Part shown: positions 42,754 through 52,539 of the stretch, one piece after another | How positions within the stretch are numbered: position 1 is the stretch's first letter | How the letters are laid out: each line of letters begins with the position of its first letter | Source: an uncultured Verrucomicrobiae bacterium | GTDB lineage: Bacteria; Verrucomicrobiota; Verrucomicrobiia; Limisphaerales; Palsa-1400 | Assembly (NCBI GenBank): GCA_963764165.1 | Contig: CAVXRD010000002.1 | Coordinates: 64,001-128,000 of the forward strand | Direction of reading: 5' to 3' | Length of the DNA: 64,000 bases | Program-made: the position numbers and the translations under genes | Notes under the pieces: generated by a model | Told to the model about the DNA's origin: nothing | Seen by the model: only the letters and a program-made list of their open reading frames with translations | The model's database searches: none

Positions 42754-43566
42754 ATGGATTATTTGTCCAAACTGGAGAATCAGAGCATATATATTTTGCG
42801 GGAAGCGTTTAACAAATTTGACCATCTCGCTATGCTTTGGAGCATCGGCAAGGATTCGACTGTGATGCTTTGGCTGGCCCGAAAAGCATTTTTGGGCCAC
42901 GTCCCCTTTCCGCTCGTCCATGTTGATACCAGCTACAAAATCCCAAGCATGATCGAGTATCGCGATCAATTGGTGAAGAACTGGGGTCTTCAGTTGGTGG
43001 TTGGAAAAAATGAGGAAGTGCTCGCGCAAGGACAGACCTATCCGAACGGCAAAGCCACCCGCGTCGAATGCTGCAGCGCGCTGAAAATCGGCGCCCTCCG
43101 GGCGGTGCTCGACAAGCATCATTACACCGGCGTCATCGCCGGCGTGCGGCGCGACGAGGAGCCGACCCGCGCCAAGGAGCGTTATTTCAGCCCGCGGGAC
43201 AAGAACATGGATTGGAATGTCGAAGACCAGCCGCCGGAGCTTTGGGACCAGTTCAAAACGGACTTTGAAAAGGGCGCGCACATTCGCATCCATCCGCTGC
43301 TGCATTGGACGGAGCTGAACATCTGGGAATACATCGAGCGCGAAAAAATCCCGGTCATTCCGCTTTATTTCGACAACGGCAAAGGCGAGCGCTTTCGCAG
43401 CATTGGCTGCGCGCCATGCACCTTTCCGATCAAATCCAAGGCGCGGACGGTGGCGGAAATCATCGAGGAATTGCGCCACACCAAAACCGCCGAGCGCTCG
43501 GGCCGGGCCCAGGACAAGGAAAGCGAAGACGCTTTCGAGAAATTGCGCCGCGACGGCTATATGTGA
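42754..43566 (+). CDS. cysD: Sulfate adenylyltransferase subunit 2
   Basis: [32 protein letters not shown]. Confidence 0.95.
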   Translation: MDYLSKLENQSIYILREAFNKFDHLAMLWSIGKDSTVMLWLARKAFLGHVPFPLVHVDTSYKIPSMIEYRDQLVKNWGLQLVVGKNEEVLAQGQTYPNGKATRVECCSALKIGALRAVLDKHHYTGVIAGVRRDEEPTRAKERYFSPRDKNMDWNVEDQPPELWDQFKTDFEKGAHIRIHPLLHWTELNIWEYIEREKIPVIPLYFDNGKGERFRSIGCAPCTFPIKSKARTVAEIIEELRHTKTAERSGRAQDKESEDAFEKLRRDGYM

Positions 43567-43607
43567 TTGACATTCCCGCGCAACCCCTGACTTTCAAAGA
43601 ATCATCG

Positions 43608-45536
43608 ATGCATCCAAACGCAACCCAGGCTCCCAGCGAGCAGCTCAAAATCGTCATCGTCGGCCATGTTGACCATGGAAAATCCACCTTTGTCGGCCGC
43701 CTCCTGAATGACACCGGCTCGCTGCCGGAGGGAAAACTGGAGCAATTGGAGCAAATCGCCCAGCGGCGCGGAGTGCCCTTCGAGTGGGCCAATCTCATGG
43801 ACGCGCTTCAATCAGAGCGCGACCAGAACATCACCATCGACACGGCGCAAATCTGGTTCCAAACGCAGAAGCGCCAATACGTTATTATTGACGCTCCGGG
43901 GCACAAGGAATTCCTCAAAAACATGATCACCGGCGCGGCCCACGCGGAAGCCGCCCTGCTTCTCATTGACGCCAACGAAGGCGTCCAGGAGCAATCGCGC
44001 CGCCACGGCTATATGCTCAATTTGCTGGGCCTCCGGCAGATCGCGGTGCTTGTCAATAAAATGGATTTGCAGGGTTATTCCGAAAAGCGGTTCAATGAAA
44101 TTGAGGCGGCTTTTCGCGGATTTTTGCAGACCGTCGGCGTGGCTCCCACCTGCTTCATCCCCATTGCGGCCAGGCACGGCGACAACATCGCCGCGCCCAG
44201 CGCAAAAATGCCGTGGTGGAAAGGGCCAACCGTGCTTGCGATGCTCGATCAATTCGAGCCAGCCCAGCCGCCGACCGGGCAGCCGCTCCGTTTTCCCATT
44301 CAGGACGTCTACCGGTTCGACGACCGCCGCATTCTGGCGGGCCGCGTCGAAGCCGGAAGAATCAAAGTGGGCGATCATCTCGTTTTTTCGCCGACGAACA
44401 AAGTCAGCACTGTCAAGACGATTGAGCGTTGGAATGCCCCACCATCGGATTTCGCCGAAGCAGGCGAATCGATTGGGCTGACACTGACCGAACAGGTCTT
44501 CGTCGAACGAGGGTCGGTGGCGGCGCTGGAGACGGATCCGCCGTATGAATTGGCGCGATTCAAGGCGCGCTTGTTTTGGCTCGGCCGCTCCCCGATGGTG
44601 CCGCAAAAAGCTTACAAAATCAAACTGGCCACCCAGGAGGCCGAATGCAAAATCGAGAGCATCGAGCGCGTGATTGATTCGTCCACCCTCGAGACATTGA
44701 CGAGGGCCGAACCGCAAGTGGGCCGCAACGAAGTGGCGGAATTGATTCTGCACACGAAGCGCCCGATTGCCTTCGACACCCACGCCGACATTATCGCCAC
44801 CGGGCGATTTGTTATTGTTGACGGTCTGGAAGTGGCGGGCGGCGGCATCATTATTCAGGACAATTACCCGCGCCGCACGTCCGACAGTTCCCAGAAAAGC
44901 CACAACATTTATTGGAGCCACGGCAAAGTCACCACGGTGCAGCGCGAGTTGCGCAACGGGCATCCAGGAAGGGTCGTATGGTTGACAGGGCTTTCGGCCT
45001 CCGGCAAATCGACCATCGCGGTGGAACTGGAGCGCGAATTGTTCAACATGGGACGGCATGTTTACGTGCTCGACGGCGACAATATCCGCCATGGCCTCGG
45101 CTCCGACCTCGGCTTTTCCGCCAGCGACCGCAAAGAGAATATCCGCCGTGTGGGTGAAGCCGCGCGCTTGTTTGCGGACGCGGGCGTGGTCTGCATCACC
45201 GCCTTTATTTCGCCGTATCGGGCAGATCGCGACATGGTTCGACGTCTGATGCCGGCGGGGACATTTATTGAAGTGTTCGTAAACGCGCCCGTTGAAGTTT
45301 GCGAGAAGCGCGACCCCAAAGGGCTTTACGCCAAGGCGCGGGCGAACGTCATCAAGGATTTCACGGGAGTTTCCGCACCTTATGAAGCGCCTCATGCGCC
45401 GGAGATACAATTGCCGACCGATAAAATGACCGTCGCGGAATCGGTGGCCACGATCATCGAATATCTAAATGATCAAACGGCCAAACTCGTCGCCACTGAG
45501 GTTCCACATGACACCTGGGCGGGCGCGGATATTTAG
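43608..45536 (+). CDS. cysNC: Bifunctional ATP sulfurylase GTPase subunit / APS kinase
   Basis: GHVDHGKST, DAPGH, NKMD; C-terminal WLTGLSASGKST, LDGDNIR, DPKGLY. Confidence 0.93.
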   Translation: MHPNATQAPSEQLKIVIVGHVDHGKSTFVGRLLNDTGSLPEGKLEQLEQIAQRRGVPFEWANLMDALQSERDQNITIDTAQIWFQTQKRQYVIIDAPGHKEFLKNMITGAAHAEAALLLIDANEGVQEQSRRHGYMLNLLGLRQIAVLVNKMDLQGYSEKRFNEIEAAFRGFLQTVGVAPTCFIPIAARHGDNIAAPSAKMPWWKGPTVLAMLDQFEPAQPPTGQPLRFPIQDVYRFDDRRILAGRVEAGRIKVGDHLVFSPTNKVSTVKTIERWNAPPSDFAEAGESIGLTLTEQVFVERGSVAALETDPPYELARFKARLFWLGRSPMVPQKAYKIKLATQEAECKIESIERVIDSSTLETLTRAEPQVGRNEVAELILHTKRPIAFDTHADIIATGRFVIVDGLEVAGGGIIIQDNYPRRTSDSSQKSHNIYWSHGKVTTVQRELRNGHPGRVVWLTGLSASGKSTIAVELERELFNMGRHVYVLDGDNIRHGLGSDLGFSASDRKENIRRVGEAARLFADAGVVCITAFISPYRADRDMVRRLMPAGTFIEVFVNAPVEVCEKRDPKGLYAKARANVIKDFTGVSAPYEAPHAPEIQLPTDKMTVAESVATIIEYLNDQTAKLVATEVPHDTWAGADI

Positions 45537-45940
45537 ACTGGGGGTTCCGTATGCCATTGCAAGCTCTTGATCGCCGGGTGACTCCTGAGAATGATGTCAA
45601 GCGCATGGCTGACCTTTTCAATATCGGCCACGGTATTCACCTTCTTAAAGAGGCCTCTCCGAATCTCGGGTTTCGATGGGTCAATAAAGCAAAGAAATCG
45701 CGTGCCGCCTGGGTCGATCTGATTCCCGCAGCCAATAAAAATGGGGAACGCTTCATTTTTCACCGGAATTTCCCATCCCCAATCCTCGGGATAAAACTCC
45801 CCAGTCTCTATCCCCTGCTCGGATAGCTTCGCGGCGATGAACTCAGCCAGCCTTTTGCCCCAGATATTGGGATTCACCTCTTCGTCTTCGCCGGGGTAAG
45901 GCGGGAAGGCATCCGAATCGAATTCCACTTTCGTTCGCAT
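45533..45940 (-). CDS. Hypothetical protein
   Basis: 135-aa ORF, WGKRLA/PEDWGW motifs, downstream of Rrf2. Confidence 0.7.
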   Translation of the reverse strand: MRTKVEFDSDAFPPYPGEDEEVNPNIWGKRLAEFIAAKLSEQGIETGEFYPEDWGWEIPVKNEAFPIFIGCGNQIDPGGTRFLCFIDPSKPEIRRGLFKKVNTVADIEKVSHALDIILRSHPAIKSLQWHTEPPV

Positions 45941-45973
45941 ATTCGCGATCGGAAAAATTAAATTCTGAGCTTG

Positions 45974-46435
45974 TCAAATAATGTAATCGAGGGCGGCGGA
46001 TGGCGCTTGTTCCAATTCGACGGCACGCTCGCACATATCCGCAAGTGTCGTGTGGTCCATGATGTCGACCACGGCGGTGCGGACGTCTTTCATCACGGAA
46101 CGAATTGGGCAGCGCGCCTCGTCCGGGCAAGTGCAGCGCTCGTAAAAGCGGTCGCTCACGCAACTTACCGGCGCCAGCGCTCCCTCAATATGGCGCACGA
46201 CGGAGCCCAAAGTAATATGCTGCGGAGGCCGGGCCAGCCGGTACCCGCCCGATGCTCCTCTGCGGCTCTCGACCGCGCCCAGCGACTTCAGGTCGTTGAG
46301 AATTTGCTCAAGGAATTTCTTGGGGATGTTTTGCTGGTCGGAAATCGTTTGGATGCGCACGACATTCTCCCCATAGTGCCGCCCCAACACGAGCAATGCC
46401 CTTAACGCATATTCCCCGCGAACGGAAAGCTTCAT
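45974..46435 (-). CDS. Rrf2-family regulator (CymR/IscR-like)
   Basis: MKLSVRGEYALRAL, FLEQIL, SRRGASGGYRLAR, Cys cluster, C-terminal DYII. Confidence 0.92.
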   Translation of the reverse strand: MKLSVRGEYALRALLVLGRHYGENVVRIQTISDQQNIPKKFLEQILNDLKSLGAVESRRGASGGYRLARPPQHITLGSVVRHIEGALAPVSCVSDRFYERCTCPDEARCPIRSVMKDVRTAVVDIMDHTTLADMCERAVELEQAPSAALDYII

Positions 46436-46492
46436 TTCAGGCGCAAACTATCATTTCGATTCCCATTGTCAAGATTTGGGAGTGCAAGTCGA

Positions 46493-46601
46493 GGGAGCGC
46501 CCGCGCCTCGCATGCAGACAATCGGCACCCTCGCCGATTGCCTCAGAAGATGGGGCTGGCGAGAGTGCCAACCACGACTCGCCAGGGCGCGTGGGCTTCC
46601 C
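46493..46601. repeat. GGAG-type REP-like inverted repeat
   Basis: GGGAGCGCCCGCGCC...GGCGCGTGGGCTTCCC with internal hairpins, intergenic. Confidence 0.5.
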
Positions 46602-46678
46602 CGATGAGGTTCAAGAAAATCGCTCTTTGCGCGCAATCTCTATTGACATTATAGGGTTTAATCGTAGGCTTTCACGGA

Positions 46679-47728
46679 GTGAAAATGGGCGTGCTTACTT
46701 TGGCCAAAGCGGTGTTATCGAGCGTAATCCGCTGCGTAGCCATGTTTGTATTCTGCCTGCTAGGAATATTCGACACGCAGGCCGGGCAATCCATCTCCCT
46801 CTTGAACGTTTCCTACGATCCAACTCGCGAATTTTACCAGGAGGTCGATGCCGCCTTTAGCAAGGCGTGGAAAGCGAAGACGGGAGATGCCGTGGCAATT
46901 GGCTTGTCGAACGGCGGTTCTGGCAAACAAGCGCGCGCCGTCATCGATGGGCAACAGGCGGATGTTGTCACTCTGGCGCTCGCATCGGACATTGATGCGA
47001 TCCATGATAAGGCCGGCTTGCTTCCCTCAGACTGGCAAAAAAGGCTGCCGAATAATAGCTGCCCGTATTCTTCCACGATCGTTTTTCTTGAGCGCGAGGG
47101 TGGTCGCGTGCATGTCACGAATTGGGATGCGCTGGCGCGCCCCGGCGTCAGCGTCATTATTCCAAATCCGAAAACTTCCGGCGGCGCACGCTGGATTTAT
47201 CTCGCGGCGTATGGCTGGTCACTCCGCCAAAATCACGGCGATCACCAAGCTGCGCGCAAATTTGTGGAGCAGCTATTCCGCAACGTGCCGGTTATGGACG
47301 AAGGCGCGCGCGGCTCAGCGACAACCTTCGTAAACCGCGGGATCGGCGATGTTTTAGTGGCGTGGGAGAACGAGGCGTTGCTGGTAGTCAATGGACTTGG
47401 AAAAGGGAAATTTGAAATCGTCTACCCGCCGGAAAGCATCCGCACCGAACCGCCTGTGGCGTGGGTGGATAAAAATGTGGATGCTCACGGAACGCGGGCA
47501 GTCGCCGAAGAATATCTGCGTTTTCTTTACACGCCCGACGCGCAGGAAATGGCGGCTCGCCATTATTTTCGGCCGAGCCTCGAATCCGTCGCCAAGAGCC
47601 ACGCCGCGGAATTTCCGCCAGTGAAAATGTTCACCATCGAGGAAATGTTCGGAAGCTGGCGCGAAGCGCAGAAAACCCATTTTGATGAAGGAGGGATCTT
47701 TGACCAGATCGCCCGCAGCCGGCGCTGA
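46679..47728 (+). CDS. sbp: Sulfate ABC transporter substrate-binding protein (start uncertain)
   Basis: LLNVSYDPTRE, GGSGKQARAV, PNPKTSGGAR, WENEA. Confidence 0.93.
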   Translation: MKMGVLTLAKAVLSSVIRCVAMFVFCLLGIFDTQAGQSISLLNVSYDPTREFYQEVDAAFSKAWKAKTGDAVAIGLSNGGSGKQARAVIDGQQADVVTLALASDIDAIHDKAGLLPSDWQKRLPNNSCPYSSTIVFLEREGGRVHVTNWDALARPGVSVIIPNPKTSGGARWIYLAAYGWSLRQNHGDHQAARKFVEQLFRNVPVMDEGARGSATTFVNRGIGDVLVAWENEALLVVNGLGKGKFEIVYPPESIRTEPPVAWVDKNVDAHGTRAVAEEYLRFLYTPDAQEMAARHYFRPSLESVAKSHAAEFPPVKMFTIEEMFGSWREAQKTHFDEGGIFDQIARSRR

Positions 47729-47732
47729 AAAG

Positions 47733-47811
47733 GGTAGGGACGCCTCGCTGAGGCGTCCGGTTGCGCGTGAATCGAGCCTCACCCCGGACGCCTCGGCGAG
47801 GCGTCCCTACC
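47733..47811. repeat. GTAG-type REP doublet (REPIN)
   Basis: GGTAGGGACGCCTCGCTGAGGCGTCCGG ... CCGGACGCCTCGGCGAGGCGTCCCTACC. Confidence 0.85.
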
Positions 47812-47829
47812 TGTCTTCGTGAATTAGGC

Positions 47830-48684
47830 ATGGCCTCTCTTTCCCAACGCGCCGGCATTCGCGCCACTCCGACAAATCCCCTCCCCGGATTCTCGATCAC
47901 GCTGGGTTTCACAATTATTTATTTGACAATAATCGTGCTTGTCCCGATTGGCGCGCTGGCGCTCAAGGCACTGAGCCTGTCGTGGAAGGAGCTTTGGGAA
48001 TTGGCCACCAACGAACGCGCCATGGCTGCGTATCGGCTGAGCCTCGGCGCGTCGCTGGCGGCGGCGTTGATCAACGCTGTTTTCGGAACGCTCTTGGCCT
48101 GGGTGATTGTGCGTTACCGCTTTCTGGGCCGCCGCATTCTCGATGGTTTGATCGATTTCCCTTTTGCGCTGCCAACCGCCGTCGCCGGTTTGACGCTTGC
48201 AAACTTATTCTCTGATCACGGGTGGCTCGGGCAATTCCTCGTTCCCGCTGGTTTGCACGGGGCATTTTCGCGACTCGGCGTGGTCATTGCGCTGACGTTT
48301 GTCGGCCTGCCTTTTTCCGTTCGCACCATCCAGCCGGAAATCGAAACACTCGACCCGGCGGTGGACGAAGCCGCCATGTGTCTTGGCGCAGGTGCGTGGA
48401 AACGGTTTGTCTCCATCACCGCGCCAACGCTGCTGCCTTCTGTGCTTGCGGGTTTCGGATTGTCGTTCGCGCGCGCGCTGGGCGAATACGGCTCGATTGT
48501 TTTCATTTCCGGCAACCTGCCCTTCCAAACCGAAATCGCGCCGACGCTGGTCGTGATGCGCCTTGATCAATTCGATTACACCGGGGCAATTTCCGTCGCG
48601 GTAGTGCTAATGATTTTTTCGTTTGCATTATTATTGACGCTTAACCTGCTGCAAGGCTGGGCCGCGCGATATCAAGAGCCGTAA
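47830..48684 (+). CDS. cysT: Sulfate ABC permease CysT
   Basis: DFPFALPTAVAGLTL, EAA loop, FARALGEYGS. Confidence 0.92.
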   Translation: MASLSQRAGIRATPTNPLPGFSITLGFTIIYLTIIVLVPIGALALKALSLSWKELWELATNERAMAAYRLSLGASLAAALINAVFGTLLAWVIVRYRFLGRRILDGLIDFPFALPTAVAGLTLANLFSDHGWLGQFLVPAGLHGAFSRLGVVIALTFVGLPFSVRTIQPEIETLDPAVDEAAMCLGAGAWKRFVSITAPTLLPSVLAGFGLSFARALGEYGSIVFISGNLPFQTEIAPTLVVMRLDQFDYTGAISVAVVLMIFSFALLLTLNLLQGWAARYQEP

Positions 48685-48685
48685 A

Positions 48686-49525
48686 ATGAACGCAGAACAG
48701 ACCACACACGCATTGCCAGGCCGCACCAAGCCGTTCCAATGGCTGCTGATCGGCATTGCCCTGCTGTTCTCGTCCGTCTTCCTCGTGCTGCCGCTGGCTA
48801 ATGTCTTCGCGCAGGCATTGGTGGCAGGGCTTGGGCCTTATTGGAAGGCGCTTGCTGATCCAGACACGCTGTCATCCATACGCTTGACACTGCTGATTGC
48901 CGCGATCACCGTGCCGCTGAACGCCGTTTTCGGAATCGCCGCCTCGTGGGCCATTGCGAAATTTGAATTTCGGGGCAAAGCCTTTTTGTTGACGCTGATG
49001 GACCTGCCCTTCTCCATTTCGCCGGTGGTGGCGGGACTGATGTTTGTGCTGCTCTTCGGCTTGCACGGATATTTGGGGCACTGGCTGGAAGCGCATCATG
49101 TCACGATTATCTTCGCGCTGCCGGGCATGGTACTTGCGACAATCTTTGTCACTTTTCCTTACGTGGCTCGCGAATTGATCCCCATCATGCGCGCGCAGGG
49201 GCGCGAACAAGAGGAGGCAGCGCTCACACTGGGCGCGAGCGGCTGGAGGACATTCTGGCACGTCACACTGCCGTCGGTTCGGTGGGGATTGTTTTACGGA
49301 ATCGTCTTGTGCAATGCGCGGGCAATGGGCGAATTCGGCGCGGTCTCGGTCGTCTCGGGACACATCGCGGGCCAGACAGACACGCTGCCTCTGCGGGTGG
49401 AGAAATTGTATAACGAATTTGATCCAGTTGCGCCATTTGCCGTGGCAACACTTTTGGCCTTGCTGGCGGTGGCGACCATGATTCTCAAGGCGCTGCTGGA
49501 ATGGAAGACCCGCCGCGAAACCTGA
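48686..49525 (+). CDS. cysW: Sulfate ABC permease CysW
   Basis: DLPFSISPVVAGL, EQEEAA, NARAMGEFGAVSVVSG. Confidence 0.93.
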   Translation: MNAEQTTHALPGRTKPFQWLLIGIALLFSSVFLVLPLANVFAQALVAGLGPYWKALADPDTLSSIRLTLLIAAITVPLNAVFGIAASWAIAKFEFRGKAFLLTLMDLPFSISPVVAGLMFVLLFGLHGYLGHWLEAHHVTIIFALPGMVLATIFVTFPYVARELIPIMRAQGREQEEAALTLGASGWRTFWHVTLPSVRWGLFYGIVLCNARAMGEFGAVSVVSGHIAGQTDTLPLRVEKLYNEFDPVAPFAVATLLALLAVATMILKALLEWKTRRET

Positions 49526-49526
49526 C

Positions 49527-50630
49527 ATGAGCATTGAATTAAGAAACGTCAGCAAGAATTTCGGCCAGACCAAGGTTGTCGAGAATGTCAGCCTCAAGGT
49601 GCCGGAAGGCGCGCTCATCGCCCTGCTCGGCCCCAGCGGCAGCGGCAAGACGACGGTGCTGCGATTAATCGCCGGCTTGGAGACGCCGGGTGCAGGCGGC
49701 ATTTTTGTGCGCGGCGCGGAAGTCGACAAATTGCCGGCCCAAAAGCGCAACATCGGATTTGTTTTTCAAAGCTACGCGTTGTTCAAGCACATGAGCGTGC
49801 GCAAGAACATCGCCTTCGGCCTCAAAATCAAAAAATGGCCCGCCGCAAAAATCGAAGCGCGGGTGAATGAACTCACCGCCCTTCTCGATCTTAACAGCTT
49901 GCTTGACCGTTATCCTCATCAACTCTCCGGCGGCCAGCGCCAGCGGGTCGCCATCGGCCGTGCCCTCGCGCCCGGGCCGGATGTCCTTCTGCTTGACGAG
50001 CCATTTGCGGCCGTCGACGCGCAAATCCGGCAGGATTTGCGGCAATGGTTGGTGCGCGTTCACCGCGAACTAAAAGTGACCATCCTGTTCGTCACCCATG
50101 ACCAGGAAGAAGCAATGGAAGTGGCCGATCAAATCGTGATCTTCAATAAAGGCCGAGTTGAACAGATTGGCTCGCCACAGGAGGTTTATGAAAAACCGCA
50201 CAATGAATTTGTGGCCAGATTCGTGGGGGTGATGAACATTTTGGAATTGGAAGTGCGCAACGGCCTGGCGCGGCATGAGGAACTTGAGTTTCCCGCGCAC
50301 GGCGTGCCGGAGGGACAGAAAATGCGGATCGGCTTCCGCCCTTACGCGGTGCAGGTCTCAGCGGATGCGCTAGCCTACCGTTACCGCGCCATTTTGCGGC
50401 GCACCTATTTCCTCGGCGTCATGCTGCGGCTCGAGATGGAGCTTCCCAGTGGCTTGGTTCTGCGGTCGCGCATCAGCAAGGAGGATTACGCGCGGCTCAG
50501 CCTGAGGGATGGACAAACCGTGTCGTTCCAAATCCGAAACTATCGCATTCTCTCAAAAGAAGACGCCGCTCTCGGCGCGGAAGTGGCCGCCTCCCACGAA
50601 ATGCCAGCATATGTGGCGGAGGGAATTTAG
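49527..50630 (+). CDS. cysA: Sulfate ABC ATPase CysA
   Basis: GPSGSGKT, LSGGQRQR, LLLDEPF, TOBE-like C-terminus. Confidence 0.93.
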   Translation: MSIELRNVSKNFGQTKVVENVSLKVPEGALIALLGPSGSGKTTVLRLIAGLETPGAGGIFVRGAEVDKLPAQKRNIGFVFQSYALFKHMSVRKNIAFGLKIKKWPAAKIEARVNELTALLDLNSLLDRYPHQLSGGQRQRVAIGRALAPGPDVLLLDEPFAAVDAQIRQDLRQWLVRVHRELKVTILFVTHDQEEAMEVADQIVIFNKGRVEQIGSPQEVYEKPHNEFVARFVGVMNILELEVRNGLARHEELEFPAHGVPEGQKMRIGFRPYAVQVSADALAYRYRAILRRTYFLGVMLRLEMELPSGLVLRSRISKEDYARLSLRDGQTVSFQIRNYRILSKEDAALGAEVAASHEMPAYVAEGI

Positions 50631-50671
50631 CCACAACCCGCCAAATCGGCACCGGCCGCTGCCCTTTAGGC

Positions 50672-50789
50672 GGAGCGCGACTGTGTCGAAGACCAGTCGC
50701 AGCACCTTGAACTGAAAGGCGCGCCGTTGGATTGTGGCGCGCTGCGGCTGATTCCTCGTCGCTTCGCTCCTCCGAACACAGCCGCGCCC
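50672..50789. repeat. GGAG-type REP-like inverted repeat
   Basis: GGAGCGCGACTGTGT...ACACAGCCGCGCCC between convergent genes. Confidence 0.5.
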
Positions 50790-50841
50790 AACGTGAGTCG
50801 GCGGCAACCTCATTTACGCATCACCAACTCTTGATCACAGC

Positions 50842-52323
50842 CTACCAAATCGACTTCATCGGCCACACGCTCACGTCGCTGGCCACCGCGTAGCCATCCG
50901 GCGCGCAGAATCGGAGCGTCGGCGTTCCTTCAATTGGCGCGATAACTTTCGTGGCGCAGATCGTTTTATTGACAAACACTTCCAACACAGAGTGATCCAG
51001 GAAAATCCGAAGATCAATATGCCGATGCGTCCCATGAAACGAGAGGGGCGCCCGGGTGTCGGGCATGGTGAATTCATCCGGCGTCACCGTGAATACGATG
51101 GGCGCGCCGGCCCCCTGCCCTTTCAGCGTCAATTCCATTTTTTCCGCGTTGTCAAAATCGATGCTGGTCGAAATCTCGAAGGCATTCGTCGGCGGCAATT
51201 CCATGATGACGCCGCTGTCGGCGAACAAAACGTCGCTCCGCTCCATCGGCGCGCCGCGCAGCTTGGCCAATTGCGGCGCCGGTGTTTGGCGCAGCCGAAA
51301 GTCGTCGCCGATGCTCAACTCACGCGGCAGCGAAAGGCTTCCGTTCCAGCCGCGTCCCTCGGGGAATCCCGTCACCCAGCCCCAGGTAATCCGCCGGCCA
51401 TCCGGAACGAGCATCGTGTTGGGCGCGTAAAAATTCGGGCCGTAATCAGCCCAGCCGTTGGTGCGCGGATGAAATTCACAGTGGTAAGTGTCAAAATCGC
51501 CGACGAAATACTGCACCTTGCCGTAAGGCGAAACGAAAAGGACGAAATGATCACCAAGCGGAAAGAAATTCGGGCACTCGGCCGTGGGAGCGTCCTTGGG
51601 AAGATGAAATAAAATCCCGCGATACTTCCATTTGGTAAGCTCGGGATTCAGCGCCTGATAAATGTTTACAACGCCTTCTCCGCCGTGCGCTTGATTCAAG
51701 TTTCCACCGGCGACCAGATACGTGAGCTTCTGGTAATGAAAAATAAACGGGTCACGCCAATCGTAAACTTTCCGGTGGCCGTTCAACGCCTCGCTCAGCA
51801 CCGGGTTGTCGGCGGATTTGTGCCACGTCATCATGTCGTCGTCGCTGATGGCGGCCCATTGCTCGGCGTGGTTTCCCGGATTCGATCCTGCCGCGATGCT
51901 GGTGTAAAATGCCATTGGCACTCCCAGCCCATTGATCGTGCAGCAGCCTGACCAAATCTCCGCTTCGCCCTTCTCAGACGACGGCCATAGCGCAATCGGC
52001 AACCGCTCCCATTTAACCAGGTCGCGGCTGCGGACGTGGCCCCAGTACTTCGGCCCGCTGCCGTCGCTGTAAGGATTGAGCTGGTAGAACAGATGGAAGT
52101 AATCCTTGTAAAAAACAGGGCCGTTCGGGTCGTTCATCCATTGCGCCGGAGATGTCACATGAAAAATCGGATGCATCGGGTCGGCCTGGGCGCGCGGGAT
52201 GGCGGCTTCCATGGCGGCGGTGGCCTTGGCGATGCTTTCGTTGGTTGGGGCGGCCCGCAATGGCAATGTCAAGAAGACAGCGACCGCGGCCAGCCCAGCG
52301 GCGATTCTGTGAAGAAACGTCAT
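50842..52323 (-). CDS. Secreted glycoside hydrolase family 32 (beta-fructofuranosidase-like)
   Basis: WMNDPNG, WSG, RDP and ECP motifs; signal peptide from ATG 52323. Confidence 0.93.
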   Translation of the reverse strand: MTFLHRIAAGLAAVAVFLTLPLRAAPTNESIAKATAAMEAAIPRAQADPMHPIFHVTSPAQWMNDPNGPVFYKDYFHLFYQLNPYSDGSGPKYWGHVRSRDLVKWERLPIALWPSSEKGEAEIWSGCCTINGLGVPMAFYTSIAAGSNPGNHAEQWAAISDDDMMTWHKSADNPVLSEALNGHRKVYDWRDPFIFHYQKLTYLVAGGNLNQAHGGEGVVNIYQALNPELTKWKYRGILFHLPKDAPTAECPNFFPLGDHFVLFVSPYGKVQYFVGDFDTYHCEFHPRTNGWADYGPNFYAPNTMLVPDGRRITWGWVTGFPEGRGWNGSLSLPRELSIGDDFRLRQTPAPQLAKLRGAPMERSDVLFADSGVIMELPPTNAFEISTSIDFDNAEKMELTLKGQGAGAPIVFTVTPDEFTMPDTRAPLSFHGTHRHIDLRIFLDHSVLEVFVNKTICATKVIAPIEGTPTLRFCAPDGYAVASDVSVWPMKSIW

Positions 52324-52386
52324 GGTTATTGAATTCCGCAAATGAGGCGCATTGTAAACAATTAAACGCGCCCGTTTGCGAAGCGA

Positions 52387-52488
52387 GGTAGGGACGCCTC
52401 GCCGAGGCGTCCGGTTGCGCGGGATTGCCGCCACTGTTTTCGCATGAAGCGCGCCTCACCCCGGACGCCTCGGCGAGGCGTCCCTACC
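52387..52488. repeat. GTAG-type REP doublet (REPIN), same family as 47733
   Basis: 28-bp perfect inverted arms 52387-52414/52461-52488. Confidence 0.85.
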
Positions 52489-52539
52489 TTTTTCGCTTTT
52501 CGTCGTCGAACCTGCCGGATAGGTTTTCCCAGATTGATT

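Noticed and set aside
43812..45410. 532-aa minus-strand ORF (likewise 58259-59494, 54061-55077, 48872-49753)
   Set aside because: Antisense shadows of conserved GC-rich genes (cysNC, ureC, GH35, cysW/cysA) with no recognisable motifs
46460..46670. Shared Rrf2 operator at the rrf2/sbp promoters
   Set aside because: Imperfect palindromes overlap both TTGACA boxes but do not give a convincing common consensus
52324..52539. Extended N-termini of GH32, LtaE and CysT containing RTPRRGVPT
   Set aside because: These are translations of the REPIN repeats, not real protein sequence
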